Source of the DNA: Octopus sinensis
Taxonomy: Eukaryota
Direction of reading: 5' to 3'
Length of the DNA stretch: 64,000 nt
Assembly (NCBI RefSeq): GCF_006345805.1
Contig: NC_042998.1
Coordinates: 127,100,001-127,164,000, forward strand
Shown here: piece after piece, positions 1 through 13,100 of the stretch
Position numbering within the stretch: the stretch's first letter is position 1
How the letters are laid out: every line of letters starts with the position of its first letter
Program-made: the position numbers and the translations under genes
The notes under the pieces: model-generated
What the model was told of the DNA's origin: nothing
Seen by the model: only the letters and a program-made list of their open reading frames with translations
The model's database searches: none

Positions 1-800
1 ATTCATCTTTGAGTCCCTCTTGAGTAGAGATGTGGTATGGAGTATAGTGTTGAAGGCCTCATTGTTATGTGGGTTGTGTGTGAAGTTGTAAGACAGGGTT
101 TTCAATTTTCTTCCTCTTTGGTCTTGATTGTCTAAGTTCTTGTGTATTAAATTTAAGGACTCGTTGGATCGTATTGTCGATTAAGGGTTGTGGGTATTTC
201 CTATTGATGAGTGTAGTTTTTAATCCTAGAGTTGTGTGTAACGGGTGTTTGTGTCTGATACTATTGTGAATATTCTTTTGGCTAAACAAAATGGGATATT
301 CATCCTGGTGTGTTTCGGATGGCAAGAATCAAATGGCAGGTAATGTTTCGAGTCCTTGGGTTTGTAATAGATATCTGTCTCTATTTTCTTCCCGACTTTC
401 TTTATAAGGATATCTAAAAACGGTAGTTGTTCCTGGTTATACTCTATCGTAAATTGGACATTTACATTTATTTCATTTAGAAATATTTTTAATTCATTAT
501 TTTTTCTACACTTTCATTCCAGAGGATGAAGCAGACATCGAGATATCTTTTCCAGTTGTTTTGAATGTAGGTTAAAAAGGAGTTTCCATATTTTTCAAGT
601 GTTTTCTGGTATAGTTCAATTTCAAGATAGCCCATTATCAGGTTTGCAAAAGAAGGTGCAGTCCGTGTTCCAATTGCTGTCCCCGATTTTTGTCGGAAGT
701 AATCATTATTAAATATAAAGTAATTGTTCCCTAGGATAAATCTTAGTCCTTCTATTATGAGTTCTTTTTTGAAGCGAGAAGTGAGTTCATAGCTGCAGTT
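1..800 (-). mobile_element. Penelope-like element (PLE) reverse transcriptase fragment, decayed
   Basis: Manual minus-strand translation gives DYFRQKSGTAIGTRTAPSFANLIMGYLE, WKRYLD(V)CFILW (damaged YxDD motif) and FTIEYNQEQLPFLDILIKK..IETDIYYKPKDSKHYLPFDSCHPKHTRMNIPFCLAKRI. These match the PLE RT core and C-terminal thumb. ORF 65..325 is the frameshifted continuation (LINRKYPQPLID). Confidence 0.85.
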
Positions 801-1148
801 GTCTAATCGGAATGTGATTGCATCTATTCCTATATATTTTGTATATATATATGTGTCTATATGTATATATGTATATGTATATATATATATGTGTGTGTGT
901 ATATATATATGTGTATATGTATATAAATGTATATATGGAGGCTATGAGAGGTAATGGTGTCAGTAAGACCCAAAGGTGGTAAGTAATTCTGAGTAAATGC
1001 TATGGATAGACCATAGTTAAGCTCCAGGTTCGGTGATTATGCGAATAAGAAGTCCAACGTAGGCCATATATCAGCCTGTGTATATATACTTTTTTTCTTT
1101 TCAGAATGAGATAAAAAACAAAGATTTTAGAACATTTATAAATTGAAG

Positions 1149-1196
1149 GTCTTACAGCTGTTTCCAGGATATTTATTATATCCCTTCATAGGAGAC
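1149..1196 (-). ncRNA. Degenerate minimal type I hammerhead motif (PLE type)
   Basis: Minus strand reads gtct-CCTATGA-agggatat aataa atatcctg-GAAA-cagctg-TA-agac. Stem I is gtct/agac, stem II is a hairpin and stem III is the palindrome CAGCTG. The core CUGAUGA is mutated to CCUAUGA. Confidence 0.6.
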
Positions 1197-1564
1197 GTGT
1201 GAGAAAAAGGTTAAGCAATGGTTAATTTAGATAAGATACGAAATAGAAAATGGAGGAATGAAAATAGATGTGAGATATGCAGGTATATTGCATTTATAGA
1301 TCCATTATTTAGGAAAAATGGTATACATATACGATTCCAATACCTTGTGAGTAAAATCTAATACTTTTAGATAGTATTGGATTTTAGATACTATTGTATT
1401 TTACTCACAAGGTATTGCAATCTTATATGCATACCATTTTGACTAAATAATGGAAGTACGAATGCAATATCCCTGCATATCTCACGTCTATTTTCGTTCT
1501 TCCACTACACTCTCTATTTCGTATCTTATTTAAATTAAATATTGCTTTACCATTTTCTCACACC

Positions 1565-1612
1565 GTCTCCAATGAAGGGATATAATAAATATCCTGGAAA
1601 CAGTTGTAAAAT
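1565..1612 (+). ncRNA. Degenerate minimal type I hammerhead motif (mirror copy)
   Basis: gtct-CCAATGA-agggatat aataa atatcctg-GAAA-cagttg-TA-aaat. The core, stem III and stem I are all damaged. Confidence 0.5.
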
Positions 1613-2059
1613 ATTCTATTTATAAATGTTCTAAAATCTTCTATATAAGTATATTTATATTTACTTCTACCCATATTTTACTGGAAAGTAATACATTTGG
1701 TTTGCAATATTTTTTTCATTGAAAACTTTTTCACTATTTTCATTCTGCTAACGGCTGAGCGTTCAGGCGAGTGTACTGGCATTGATGTGTCAACATTTGA
1801 AACATTGTCTCGGTAAATGTAGCTGATGAAGACTGATCAAAGTTATGTTAGTGATGCAACAACGCATCAATATTTACTAGAAATGGCAGTCGATAATATA
1901 CGACTCTGCAGTAAAACTTCACTGGGTATATATATACTGGCAGAATGTTATCAGGCGGCGAGCGATCAAAATTTCATCTGACCTGTAGAAAGAGCATTAA
2001 ATAAATGTACAAGTCATATGTGGAGAAGCTAGGACCTAGGTTTCGAACTTTACAAATTA

Positions 2060-2130
<71 letters not shown>

Positions 2131-3517
2131 GTGATAACGGTAATACCAATATAAATTTTCGTTCAAATAAAAACACTAAATCGAAAACTGTAATTTTGCA
2201 GCGTAAGGGAGATTATCCCTTCTCTAAAACCCTTTTTGCGTTATAAAAGTAAATGTAGGACTTTTAAAGATAATTACCCTAATAACAAGCTATATCCTTG
2301 TAAAATTGTTTGATTGATAATTCTATATGGTAAGCAGATAAAATTCAACCTTCCTTAACATTTTCGTGAAGCTATAGATAAGAGTTTCCCCCCAAATTCA
2401 ATATACCATTCCAATATGAATCCAAGCAGAATAGGAATAGGGTTTTCAAACACAAAAATCCTTTCACAAAGCATCCCTTTGCATAACCATATGTTGATAA
2501 ATACAAATCCACTCAATTAAAATAACTACATTGATATAGTAACACTAACCATTCTTTGAACAATAATAACTACAATATTAGTATTTCTGATATAAATTCG
2601 AATCGCATTCATTTCCTTAGCAGTAATTCTAAGGCTAGAAACTTTGTTTATCAATGTAAAATTACTTTCGGTTCCTTACGTCTTTTTTTACATCTTATTT
2701 TCCAAAAGAATATCTAACCATTACTCTTCATTTAAACATATCAATAAACGCAACTATACTGGGCTTAGCAAATTAATTTGGAATGGAATATTCTATTTAG
2801 ATCCTTTCCATACGATAAAGGTAAATCCTTTTGTCCTCTCTGTAATGTAGAAAATTATCTCATTCTGTTCTCGTTTAAAGAACGCGTTTATCGTTGCGAA
2901 CATTGGCAAAAATATATCTTTAGTTCCTATAAGTAATTTCTACCAATCTAAAAAATTCCACTTTTATCTGTTTTGTTACATTTCATTTCCACTATATATA
3001 TCTATTTACACGCTTTGAAGCTTTATTTCCACTCATCTATCGCACTATATCTCTCCACTCTTCATGTTCTCTTAATTTCTGAGTTTCTCTTCCTCTTTCT
3101 CTAAATCGTCTTTGACGTTAAATCTATTAACTTATTTTTTAAAAATAACTTGCCAGCGTTTCGTTCATCATAAACGCGGTAATCACATTCAGTTAAAATG
3201 GTTTATTGGTGCGTTTTGTTTCTCTTTTTTTCTTTGATAAGATGGTTACATTGTTTTACATCATTTTATTCCCTCAGGAATAATACCAATGTTTTCTTCG
3301 GAACATGATTTGGAAGTATAAAGATTTGAATAACAACTTCGTTTAACTCCAGTTCGTAATTTATCAATGTATTCCAAAACATTTCACTAAACCCTGGAAT
3401 TTCTTCCTTTATAAGTAGGCTGTAACATTCTTGACACCTATGTGAATCTTTGCTACCCTGGTAAGTGTCATTTGAACACATTGAAAAAATACCCATACAT
3501 ACATACACACACACACA

Positions 3518-3615
<98 letters not shown>

Positions 3616-3648
3616 TAAATTAACAGGCTGTTAATGTTTACAGAGAAG

Positions 3649-3860
3649 GACTTACAGCTGTTTTGGGGATATTTTATATATCCCCTCATCAGAGACTGTG
3701 CGAGAAAATGTTTAAGTAATAGTTATACAGAATATATGAAATACAGAATGAAGTAGAGGAATGGAAACAGACGTGAGATATGTAAGAATATTGTATCTGC
3801 AGTTCCATTATTTAAGCAGTATGTTGTATATATAAGTTTCTTGTACCTTGTTTGTGAGTT
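3649..3860 (-). mobile_element. Single-arm relative of the 1121-1640 fold-back (PLE pseudo-LTR-like) with hammerhead motif at 3649-3696
   Basis: Aligns by eye to 1149-1350 (ttacagctgttt..gatat, gagac..tg.gagaaaa, acgtgagatatg, tccattattta). Minus strand reads gtct-CTGATGA-ggggatat ataaa atatcccc-AAAA-cagctg-TA-agtc. Confidence 0.7.
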
Positions 3861-4091
3861 CCAATGGTGTTTATAATTGGTCATTCCAAGCATAGTCTAT
3901 ATATATAGACGTATACATATATACATATATACATACATACATGCATACATACATACATACATACATACATACATACATACATACACACATACATACATAC
4001 ATACATATATACACACACGCACTCATATATATATATATGTGTGTGTGTGTGTAGGTTTATAACATAAAGTTATATAACATGTATAAATATA

Positions 4092-4309
4092 CAATGTTGG
4101 CCAAAATGCACGCCACAGTAAATCAAAATTCCATAAATACTTAATATTCAATTTTGAATCTAATTATGAATGTTTAATAATTGAACGTTGTTTTTGTTTG
4201 CAACATTTGTCTGTTTATGAGCGAAAAATCATTTTAGTTGTTAAACATAAATAAGTGTTGCAATTAAATGTGTTTTGATTTCCTGTCAAGTGACTTTTGG
4301 CCAAATCTG
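4092..4309. mobile_element. Tc1/mariner-type non-autonomous MITE
   Basis: Left end caatgttggccaaaatg and reverse-complemented right end cagatttggccaaaagt form imperfect TIRs sharing ttggccaaaa. TA dinucleotides flank both ends (4090-4091, 4310-4311). No coding capacity. Confidence 0.6.
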
Positions 4310-4920
4310 TATATATAAAATATGATATAATATAATGTAATGTAATATAATATAATACAATATGATACACAATATATATATATATATATATTCGGTTCTC
4401 ACCGTTAAAATATAATGTTTGCTAGATAACCCACGTGGGTGGAAGGGGAGAGCAGGGAATCTTCGCTTGCACATTTTGAATTTGTTGGTACTGGCAGTCT
4501 GAACGGGTCATCTGAGGTGATAAGTCGCCAAAGGGTATGTTCTTTCTTTTTAGTGCTTCCAAATCCAAAATAAGAAATGTTGAGCTGACGAAAGAAATGC
4601 TGAGTTTATTTGGCTAATCTAGAAACGTTAACGTTCTCAAATAATCTTTGTACTTGTGATATTTTTCTGTTTTTACCTCCATACCTTCGTGAGTTATTTT
4701 GAGTAAACATTATCTGAGAGAAATTTTCTTTAAGTAGTGGAAATGGCAAAAAAACGTTTTTGGCTGCTATTTCTAGCAAGTTCAGTATGTGGCAAAGTAA
4801 TTTATTTTACTAAGCCCTAATTATATAATGTAATATTTTGAATTCGCCTTAAATGGTCCTTTTACATACTGAATACTTGGTGAAATTGATTAATAACTAA
4901 TTAATTTTACCCTCAATTGT

Positions 4921-4978
<58 letters not shown>

Positions 4979-4979
4979 T

Positions 4980-5025
<46 letters not shown>

Positions 5026-5029
5026 CATA

Positions 5030-5077
<48 letters not shown>

Positions 5078-5082
5078 TCGTG

Positions 5083-5415
5083 AAGGCGCATGGCTCTGTG
5101 GTTAGAACGTCGAGCTTACAATCGTGAGGTTGTGAGCTTGATTCCCGGACCGGGATGTGTGTTATGTTATTGAGCAAGACACTTTATTTCAGGTTGCTCC
5201 ATTTAACTCAGCTGTAGAAATCAGTTGCGGCATAACTAGTGCCAAGCCGTATTGGTCTTTGCCTTTCCCTTGGAAAATATCAGTGGTATAGTGAGGGGAG
5301 GTTGGTATGCATGGGTGACTGCTGGCCTTCCACAAATAACCTTGCACGGACTTGTGCATCGGAGGGTAACTTTCTAGTTGCAATCCCATGGTCATTCATG
5401 ACCGAAGGGGGCCTC
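5083..5415 (+). mobile_element. tRNA-derived SINE
   Basis: A-box-like tggctctgtgg (5091) and B-box-like gagcttgattcc (~5134). The body (ttgagcaagacacttt) is shared with the copy at 25080. Confidence 0.7.
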
Positions 5416-5461
5416 CTCATATATATTCTTATATTTATATATGAAAACATTCATTCAAACA

Positions 5462-5681
5462 TCCTATATACTCTCTTTTTACTCTTTTACTTGTCTCCGT
5501 CATTTGACTGTGACCATGCTGGAGAACCGCCTTTAGTCGAGCAAATCGCCCCCAGGACTTATTTATTATAAGCCCAGTACTTATTCTATCGGTCTGTTTT
5601 CTGAACCGCTAAGTTACGGGGACGTAAACACCCCAGCATCGGTTGTCAAGCGATGTTGGGGGGACAAACACAGACACACAA

Positions 5682-5740
<59 letters not shown>

Positions 5741-5912
5741 AACATATATACGACGGGATTCTTTCAGTTTCCGTCTACCAAATCCACTAACAAGGCTTTG
5801 GTCGGCCCGAGGCTATAGTAGTAGACACATGCCCAAGGTTACACGCTGTGGGACTGAACCCGAACCATGTGGTTGGTAAGGAAACTACTTATCACACAGC
5901 CACTCCTATGCC

Positions 5913-5913
<1 letters not shown>
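5462..5913 (-). mobile_element. tRNA-derived SINE, near full length, with internal (CA)n/(TA)n
   Basis: Minus-strand head aggcataggagtggctgtgtga..gggttcagtccc (A and B boxes). The body ctatagcctcgggccgaccaaagccttg..gacggaaactgaaaga recurs at 32757 and 58438, and the tail recurs at 34545, 28425 and 61085. Confidence 0.8.
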
Positions 5914-5970
<57 letters not shown>

Positions 5971-6000
5971 GTAATAGTTATAATAATAATAATAATAATC
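5914..6000. repeat. (TAA)n microsatellite
   Basis: About 28 TAA-like units, seen directly. Confidence 0.95.
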
Positions 6001-6489
6001 TGTTATTACAATAAGTACGCATTTCCACAACATTTGCAATTCTATACTCATCTATTTACATTTATCTAAACGATATTAGTAAACCCATGCGTTTTTCTTC
6101 AAATGTGTATGTTTCTTTATATATCTTTCTACATCTTTCTGTCTAAATATTTGACGACATATCGACATTTCTTATCTATTTATCTAAATATTTGCTTCTA
6201 TATTTATGTACATCTATTTACTGGTATGATTGGCTTTTGAACATAAGAAAAGTAATTCATCATTCGATGAAAATCTAACTTCAAAATCAGCTTTAAGAAT
6301 TAAATACAAGAATGGATTGAATTGTTATTTTCCCCACATATCGTTCTTTGAATTAATACGCCTTGATAAAATATTGAGGTATCAAGCCAAAATCTCTTCG
6401 CCTGATTATTTTGACGGAAAATATATCGTTATCATAGCTAATTCATTTCAAACGATATGCGCAACGACTATTCTTCTGGCATCCAGAAT

Positions 6490-7010
6490 ATCAGTGGCTA
6501 TTATGGACTGAAATATTTCCTGGAACTGAAGAGAATATCGAGTTTTTCGTACGTTGTCTTAGCTATGCCAAGGATCTATTTTTACAAGGAGAGATCCTCG
6601 GTGAAATTGAGCTTCAGCTTTTGAGAGAACTGTGACTGGTGTAGGTGAGTGCTATTTATGTTCTGGGGTTGTTGCGTTCAACGTTGTTTTCTTGATATGA
6701 GTAGTGTTTGGGTTTTTCTGTTCAATGAGAAACAGTTTGGCATGTCTCCATCGAAGGATGCTATCTAGGTCTCTGCGTGTTGGAGATGCTAGTTATTGAT
6801 GATTCTGCTACGTGTGGGGGAGATGCTAGATGTTGTTGGTGTTGCAGAAAGTAGGTCATCAATGTACCAGTAGTTCGATCTACGAATCCATGAGATGAGA
6901 TGTGCATGGATTCCTGAGTAAGAAAATGTGATCGGAGATTTGCTTGAAAGACATGATAGAAGGCTTTGTTGATGATTAGAATAACAAGATTGCTTAAATT
7001 GAACATCTTT
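6490..7010 (-). mobile_element. Old CR1/Jockey-group LINE RT fragment
   Basis: Minus-strand frames give YSGIHAHLISWI, YIDDLL, RDLDSILRW, RKTQTLLISRK and FTEDLS..ILGIAKTTYEKLDILFSSRKYFSP. The motif order is that of a non-LTR RT C-terminal half, with stops and deletions. Confidence 0.55.
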
Positions 7011-9249
7011 AAAACGAAAGCTAACCGTTAAGTGACATAACAGAGTAAACCTCCAGTGGCTCTGAGGAAATTCTACAGTTAATCACTGATAGAAGAGAGA
7101 GAAAAAGGGAAGGAGAGATAGATAGACAGAGAGTTATTCAAGGTGCTGGAAAACAAAACCATTATTCTTCGTGACTATTTCCCTTACCTTACCTTAAAGA
7201 TATTAGAATTGCAATTGTTTGGCTATAAAGAATGTTTTCCACCGCCAGATAATGGGAAACACTATGTGTGTTTGCATAATCTATCAAAAGGTGAAATTAA
7301 TGATTGTTAGAATAGAGTTATCTGTTCCCCGAAGAATAAAAATGCTTTTGACAGAATACCATCGGCACTTGGCGGCCGTTTTGTGATAACCACCATTAGC
7401 AGATTGTTCATTAAGACAGTATTCAAAATTTAGTCCTTTGATTGTAAACTTTGAGCAGTTCGGTGCTGAAGATTTTAAGAACATAGAATGGGGATGTGCT
7501 ATATATATTATATGGCTTGAACCATATTAAACACTTGAGTGTGATACTACAAGTAAGTAGATGTTGTAAGGTATATAGTTCGTGGTAACAATCTCACATT
7601 AACGCCATCATAACACTTTGGCAATTCAGGCTTAGAATCTAATATTGCTCGTATGATGTTCTTCACAGATGGAAATATTGTTCGATTCAAAAATTACAAA
7701 ACTTTCGTCAGTTTGTGCAATCAATACTGTTGACTGTAGAACGAAGGCACAATGACATGTTTTTGCCATCACATATGAGAAAGGGCTATATGAATATATT
7801 AGTGGCACCGTAGTGCAACTATCTGCTAGAGACCCTATAACTATAAAATCATGTCACCAAGACACGTTTCTAATCTGAAAAATTATTTTCTTGGGGATTA
7901 CATTCTTTTATTCATCCAATGATGAATGGAAAGCAAAGGAATGTGGCTTAACAGGAGGATTCAACAAAGCAAACATACAATTCTAGGGATTGAAACGTTC
8001 CGTAGTTTTGTTTCTCACAGAAAAAAATTTAAAAATGCAAGTGAAAATAATTTCAAGGGAAGAAGAAGCGAAAGTAGTTTGGCAACAAAACAAGAAAATG
8101 ATACGTAGATTCAGGAAATGAAAGGAATTATCGCAGCTGTCGATAAATGGTGATTGGTATGCATCCTAGAACACATCTTGATATTTTTAGAGATAATTTC
8201 AGTTTCTTCATACATAAATGTTTTTTTGTCCATTCACGTATACAGATGTTTCGGTACTGTATTCATCAAACCTTCATATTGTGGTGCACGCAATGACAAC
8301 CACACGAAGGTATTATAAACTTACGTAGCATAGATATAATAGGAATCACAAATCTTAAAACAAACTTAGAAAATCCTCACATACCAAAATAAAAGGAGCA
8401 TACAGAAGAAAAGCACCTATCGAAGTTTAGGCTGGATGGCACCTGTGGTCTTACTTTAGATACTCCGATACCGACTCAACTTAATAAAAGAAAAACATAA
8501 GAAGAACGTTAGAAGTGGCATGCAACAATCTTTAAGAACCACTGTCGACTTTGTTCCTTTAACTGCTATAATATTGGTTCCCATGGATTCCTCAGAACAA
8601 AATTTTACGCGGAGAATGTTAAAGATATATAAGGAACGAAAAAAACAAAACAAAACTAATACAATTGGAACATATTTCAAGGATAGCTCTTACGATTTTG
8701 TAAAGTAAATATTTGAAATAAAATTTTCTCTAAAAGTGTTCGTATGCGGCAAGAGTCGCATATAACTTAAACCTGCAGACAAATGAGCTTTCAAAAGACC
8801 CCGTGATAAAGAGGAAGTTATGGTTATGTTAGTGGATTTCAATGCACTAAACTTAGCCTAGACTCCAAATTGTAAGAGCTATTTCTCTGGAGCAAAGTGT
8901 CTAAAAATATGAGGCATTCTATGAATTATTCTTGAGGCAATATATTTAATAAATGCGAAGAAAATCTGAGTCGTTTTATGAAGTTAATTTCGCTTCGAAT
9001 GATACACACAGAGCGTACCCGTGGTTCTGTTTCTGTGTAAAAGTGGGAATCTATATTAATAAAAGTTTTAAGAAACTAACAACAACAACTTTAACCTAAC
9101 TGTAATTGAGTGCTGGATTACAAGCCAGTAAAAGGGGATTTTAAGGATAGAGGAATGAATGGTGCAATGAAGGTATAGGGCGAGATGTAAATGCATAGTC
9201 AGAAAATGAAGCAGAAATGTGAAAAGCTATACTAAAGGGATACGATTAT

Positions 9250-10190
9250 GATCAACAGGATGCGTAAGCAAAAGGCTGGAAAGAACATATAGAATAAGAG
9301 ATAATGGATATGATGTAATATTGGAAGAATTGATACAAAGAACAGTAGCAATCAAGGCAAAATTTGAAAGCTATGGGAAGAGAACAAAGCAGTTCAAAAA
9401 GAACAGAATGTTTGAAGCTAATCAGAAAAAAAACTGTTCCAGAACCAGATATGTAGGTACACCTAACATTGATATCTGATGCAAACAAAAGCAGAGCATT
9501 TTGAGCGGGGATCTAGGATCGACTTGTAAAGCATAATGATAATGCAAAGTGGTTGTATGAAATCCAAGATAGGTTAATAAATATATAGGATCAAAACAGC
9601 ATGAAAATAAATACAAGAAAATTAAAAAGACAGGTAGGTAAGACACCGAATTGGAAGAGCCCAGGGCCTGATGGTGTCCAAGGATATTGGTTGAAGAAGC
9701 CAAAAAAACTCCATGAAAGGATAGCAGAACAGCTGGATAAGTGCTTTCAAAAAGACTCAGTACCCAGCTGGATGACAAAAGGAAAGACATTGTTATGTGT
9801 AAAGCAACTTGAAAAGGGTAGAATTGTATACAACCAATAACGTGTCGTCAGCTAATGTGGAAACCACTGTCAGTATTTTGACCGGCGAATTGTGTGGATA
9901 CTTAAAGAAATGCGAACTGCTACCAATTGAACAGAAACGGTGTCGAATGAGGAGTCGGGGAACGAATAGCCAGTAGTTAATCGATAAACTAATTATCCGA
10001 AACTGTAAATGAAAACACATAATTTTGAGCATGATATGGATTGATTATTATAAGGCATATAATACGATACCACAGTCTTGGATAATGAGAACTGTTATAG
10101 AGTAGCAGAAAACTTGAGAAGCCTTATATGGAACTGTATAATACTGGATCACTGAGTTGACAGTAACAGGAGATCAGGTGTTAGAAGTGT
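9250..10190 (+). mobile_element. R4/Dong-type non-LTR retrotransposon RT fragment
   Basis: ELIQRTVAIKAKFESYGKRTKQFKKNRMFEANQKK, then PNWKSPGPDGVQGYWLK..PSWMTKGKTLL (ORF 9601..9840). Homologous to the 51101..53053 ORF. Confidence 0.8.
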
Positions 10191-10199
10191 ATATCTATT

Positions 10200-13100
10200 T
10201 TTTCACTGGTTTAAATGCCCGTTGTGTTCCCATTTTTCGCCTCTTATCGTATATGTCATTTTATTTAATCTTTTTGTTACTACTCCGTCTTCCCAACCAT
10301 GTCTTCCATTTTTATATATTTTGAAAAAACTTTGTCACCGACATCAAGATACTTTGTCGTATTTTTAGTGTTTTCCCTATTTGTTTTTCTTACTGGTAGC
10401 AGCTTGTCAAAATTTGACTTAATTTTTCGAGCAAACATTAGTTTCGCAGGCGACTTGCCTGAAAAAGCGTTTGAGTTTGGTGTTATCCTATTAACTCTCC
10501 AGGACTGTGTCAATGCTGCGTCATCGACTAGCTACTTTATTGATTTTTTTAATGTGCTTTTAAATGTATCCATGAACTTTTCCTCTTGTCCGTTAGATTT
10601 TGCGCAAAACGGAGTAGTAGTAATATGTTCAATTGAGTACTTGCAAAAAGTCTTAAATTCATTCGCCGTGATTTGTATACCGTTATCGGAGACTATGGTA
10701 TCCAGGACACCATACCTAGGGAAAAGTTCGTGTAGAAATTCAACTGTTACCGTGGATGTCGGTTTTCTGCATTTACACATTTCTGGCCATTTACTAAAGC
10801 TATCTACCACGATTAGATGATATGATCGGTTTAACGGTCCCGCGATATCTATGTGTATTCTGGACCATGGAATATCGGTCTTGGGCTAAGGTTGAAATTT
10901 TATAGGTGGGGCTTTCGCTGCAGATCTGCAGGATTGTACCAAGTTGGTATCTAGATCCATGTTTGGCCAGTAAACTCCTCATAAGCGACTTCATTCTAGA
11001 AATTCCTGGATGTTCAGAGCGAAACTTCCTTTAACATTCGACCTCGTAGTGAGGTAGGCATTACGTCCCTCTGTGCATACTTAAAAACAATATCATTTAT
11101 TGAATACAAATTCGAAACTGTGTTACGTCCATCCACACGTACTCTTTTTTTGCTTCTTCTGATCTCACTATTGTTTTCATTTTTATGATAAACTCGCCCA
11201 TCTCTGCCTTAGTGTCAAAGGCAATTCACGCACATTGCACAATATGTTTTTTATTTTATTTTTGGCTTTTAACGCCGCTGTCACTGTATCTTCTAGTGGT
11301 TCACTGTATTTTGGTATTAATCTTGACAAACCATCTGCATATCCCAATCTTTTCGATGACAAATGTTCCATTTTGAAGTCGTAATTCAATAGGATCGTTC
11401 CCCAGTGCTGCAGTCTGCTGGCTGTATGAGTAGGGATACCCTTTTTTGATCCATAGATCGACCATATTGGAGGGAACCTTTTTCCATGAATAAATTTATG
11501 GAAGTTTTAGTTACCGCAAATATGATGGCTAATGCTTCTTTTTCTATTTGACTGTAGCTTTTTTCAACGGGCAATAAATGACGGTAAGCATGAGCTACTG
11601 GTTTCAGGCTAAAATCTTCATTCTTGTGCAAAATCACAACTCCAATACCACTTTCACTTGCATATGCTACCTCTACTATTTCTAAATTTGGGTCAAAATG
11701 TGATAACGACATTCCGATGTTAAGACATTTAATTTTTTTTAAAAGCTTTTTGTCATTTGTCTGACCAGTTCCACTTAACGTCTCTTTTTAAACAAGGGGT
11801 GCTCTTAAATCGTGCATATTCATTATGTATACTTGGTAATAATTTGCAAGCCCCAAAATGCTTCTCACATTGTATTGTTCGTTGGGGGAAGGCATATTTT
11901 TTATTACACTCGCCCTAGAGGGGTCTGGTCTACGTCCGTTTTCATCAATACTCTGCCCTAGATATTATATTCTTGGCATGAAAAATTTACTCTTTTCGTC
12001 GCTGAGCTTAAAACCATACTCTTTTGTTCTTTCAAAGACCTTTTTAACATGCTCAGCATGCTAATCGCGAGATTTACTTTTTATAAGTATGCCATCAAGG
12101 TAAGCTACAGCGAAATCCGTACATGCGAGTCTAATGTCCATAATTTGTTGGAAAATTGCTATATTTATACATTTATAAATTTATACATTTATACCAAAAG
12201 TGAGTCGATTAGATTTATGCAAGCCTTTATGGGCATTTTGAACATTCCTCATCAAATTTTAACTGCAAATAGGCTTCAGATAGATACAACTTTGAAAACA
12301 AAAAAAATCCTCCATTCAAGTTCGTGAAAATTTCCTCCAGGCGTAGTAACGGGTAATTATATGGCATCGATTATTCGGTTAATCGCGTTGAAAAATCAGC
12401 GCATACTCGGATTTTATTATTTTCTTTCTTGACATAAATTATTGGGGACATCCATTCTGAGTAATCAATAATGCCAAACTTTTCAAGTCTATCCAATTCT
12501 TCATTTAGATTTAAATACCGGTATAGTGTTTTCTTTCAATTGAAACGTCGCCTCTGTTTTGATGTACAAACCCAATTCCTCAGAAAAAAACTTAAAGAAG
12601 AATTTGTTTTAATTATTTTTAAGATCCCCCGATGCCTTCTTTGTACTGGCGGAGGAACCATTCACATTTTTACAAGTGGGTCCCAAATAAATTTGTTGTA
12701 TATGGCTTTCAAAGTTTTTCCACGAAATGTAACATCACTTATTATGTCGCCCATAAAATGCAAATTTTTTCCTGAAACACATCGCACAATTTTTGAAGTT
12801 TCCTTTAATCTATTTTCCCCTATTTTCTCCATGACTCTGTATTAATTATCGTGATGTCACTGCTTATATCCAATTGTAACTTGTTGTTCACATTATTCAA
12901 TTTTATGGACACAAATATTCTTTTCCGAGTTTCGCTTAGAATTTGTTTTAACACTACATTCTTTCTCGAATCTTATTTGTTCGACACTTTTATTTTGTTT
13001 CGCTATAAAATGTGAGCTTTTATATCCGATTTTTCCACATCAAAACATTTACGATTTTTAAAAGGACAATTACTTTTAAAATGTAAATCTCCGCATCCAT

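Larger units (their letters stand above)
1121..1640. mobile_element. Fold-back (long imperfect palindrome) element, probably inverted PLE pseudo-LTR arms
   Basis: The terminal 20 bp aagattttagaacatttata (1121-1140) is the exact reverse complement of 1621-1640. Arms of about 235 bp stay alignable to the centre (gtgagtaaaat / attttactcac), with a ~40-bp spacer. Each arm carries an HHR-like motif. Confidence 0.85.

Noticed and set aside
1800-1890. CTGATGA followed by agactgatcaaagtt, loosely similar to the 60876 hammerhead
   Set aside because: There is no GAAA after the putative stem II, stem II pairs poorly and no stem I or III can be drawn.
2110-2960. Possible N-terminal part of the Penelope element (ITAKEMNAIR..NTNIVV, FYLL)
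   Set aside because: Motifs are too eroded to support by eye; a profile search is needed.
5085-5150. tRNA-like A/B boxes (also at 5850-5913 and 25085-25145)
   Set aside because: They are SINE heads; no complete cloverleaf is present, so no tRNA gene is called.
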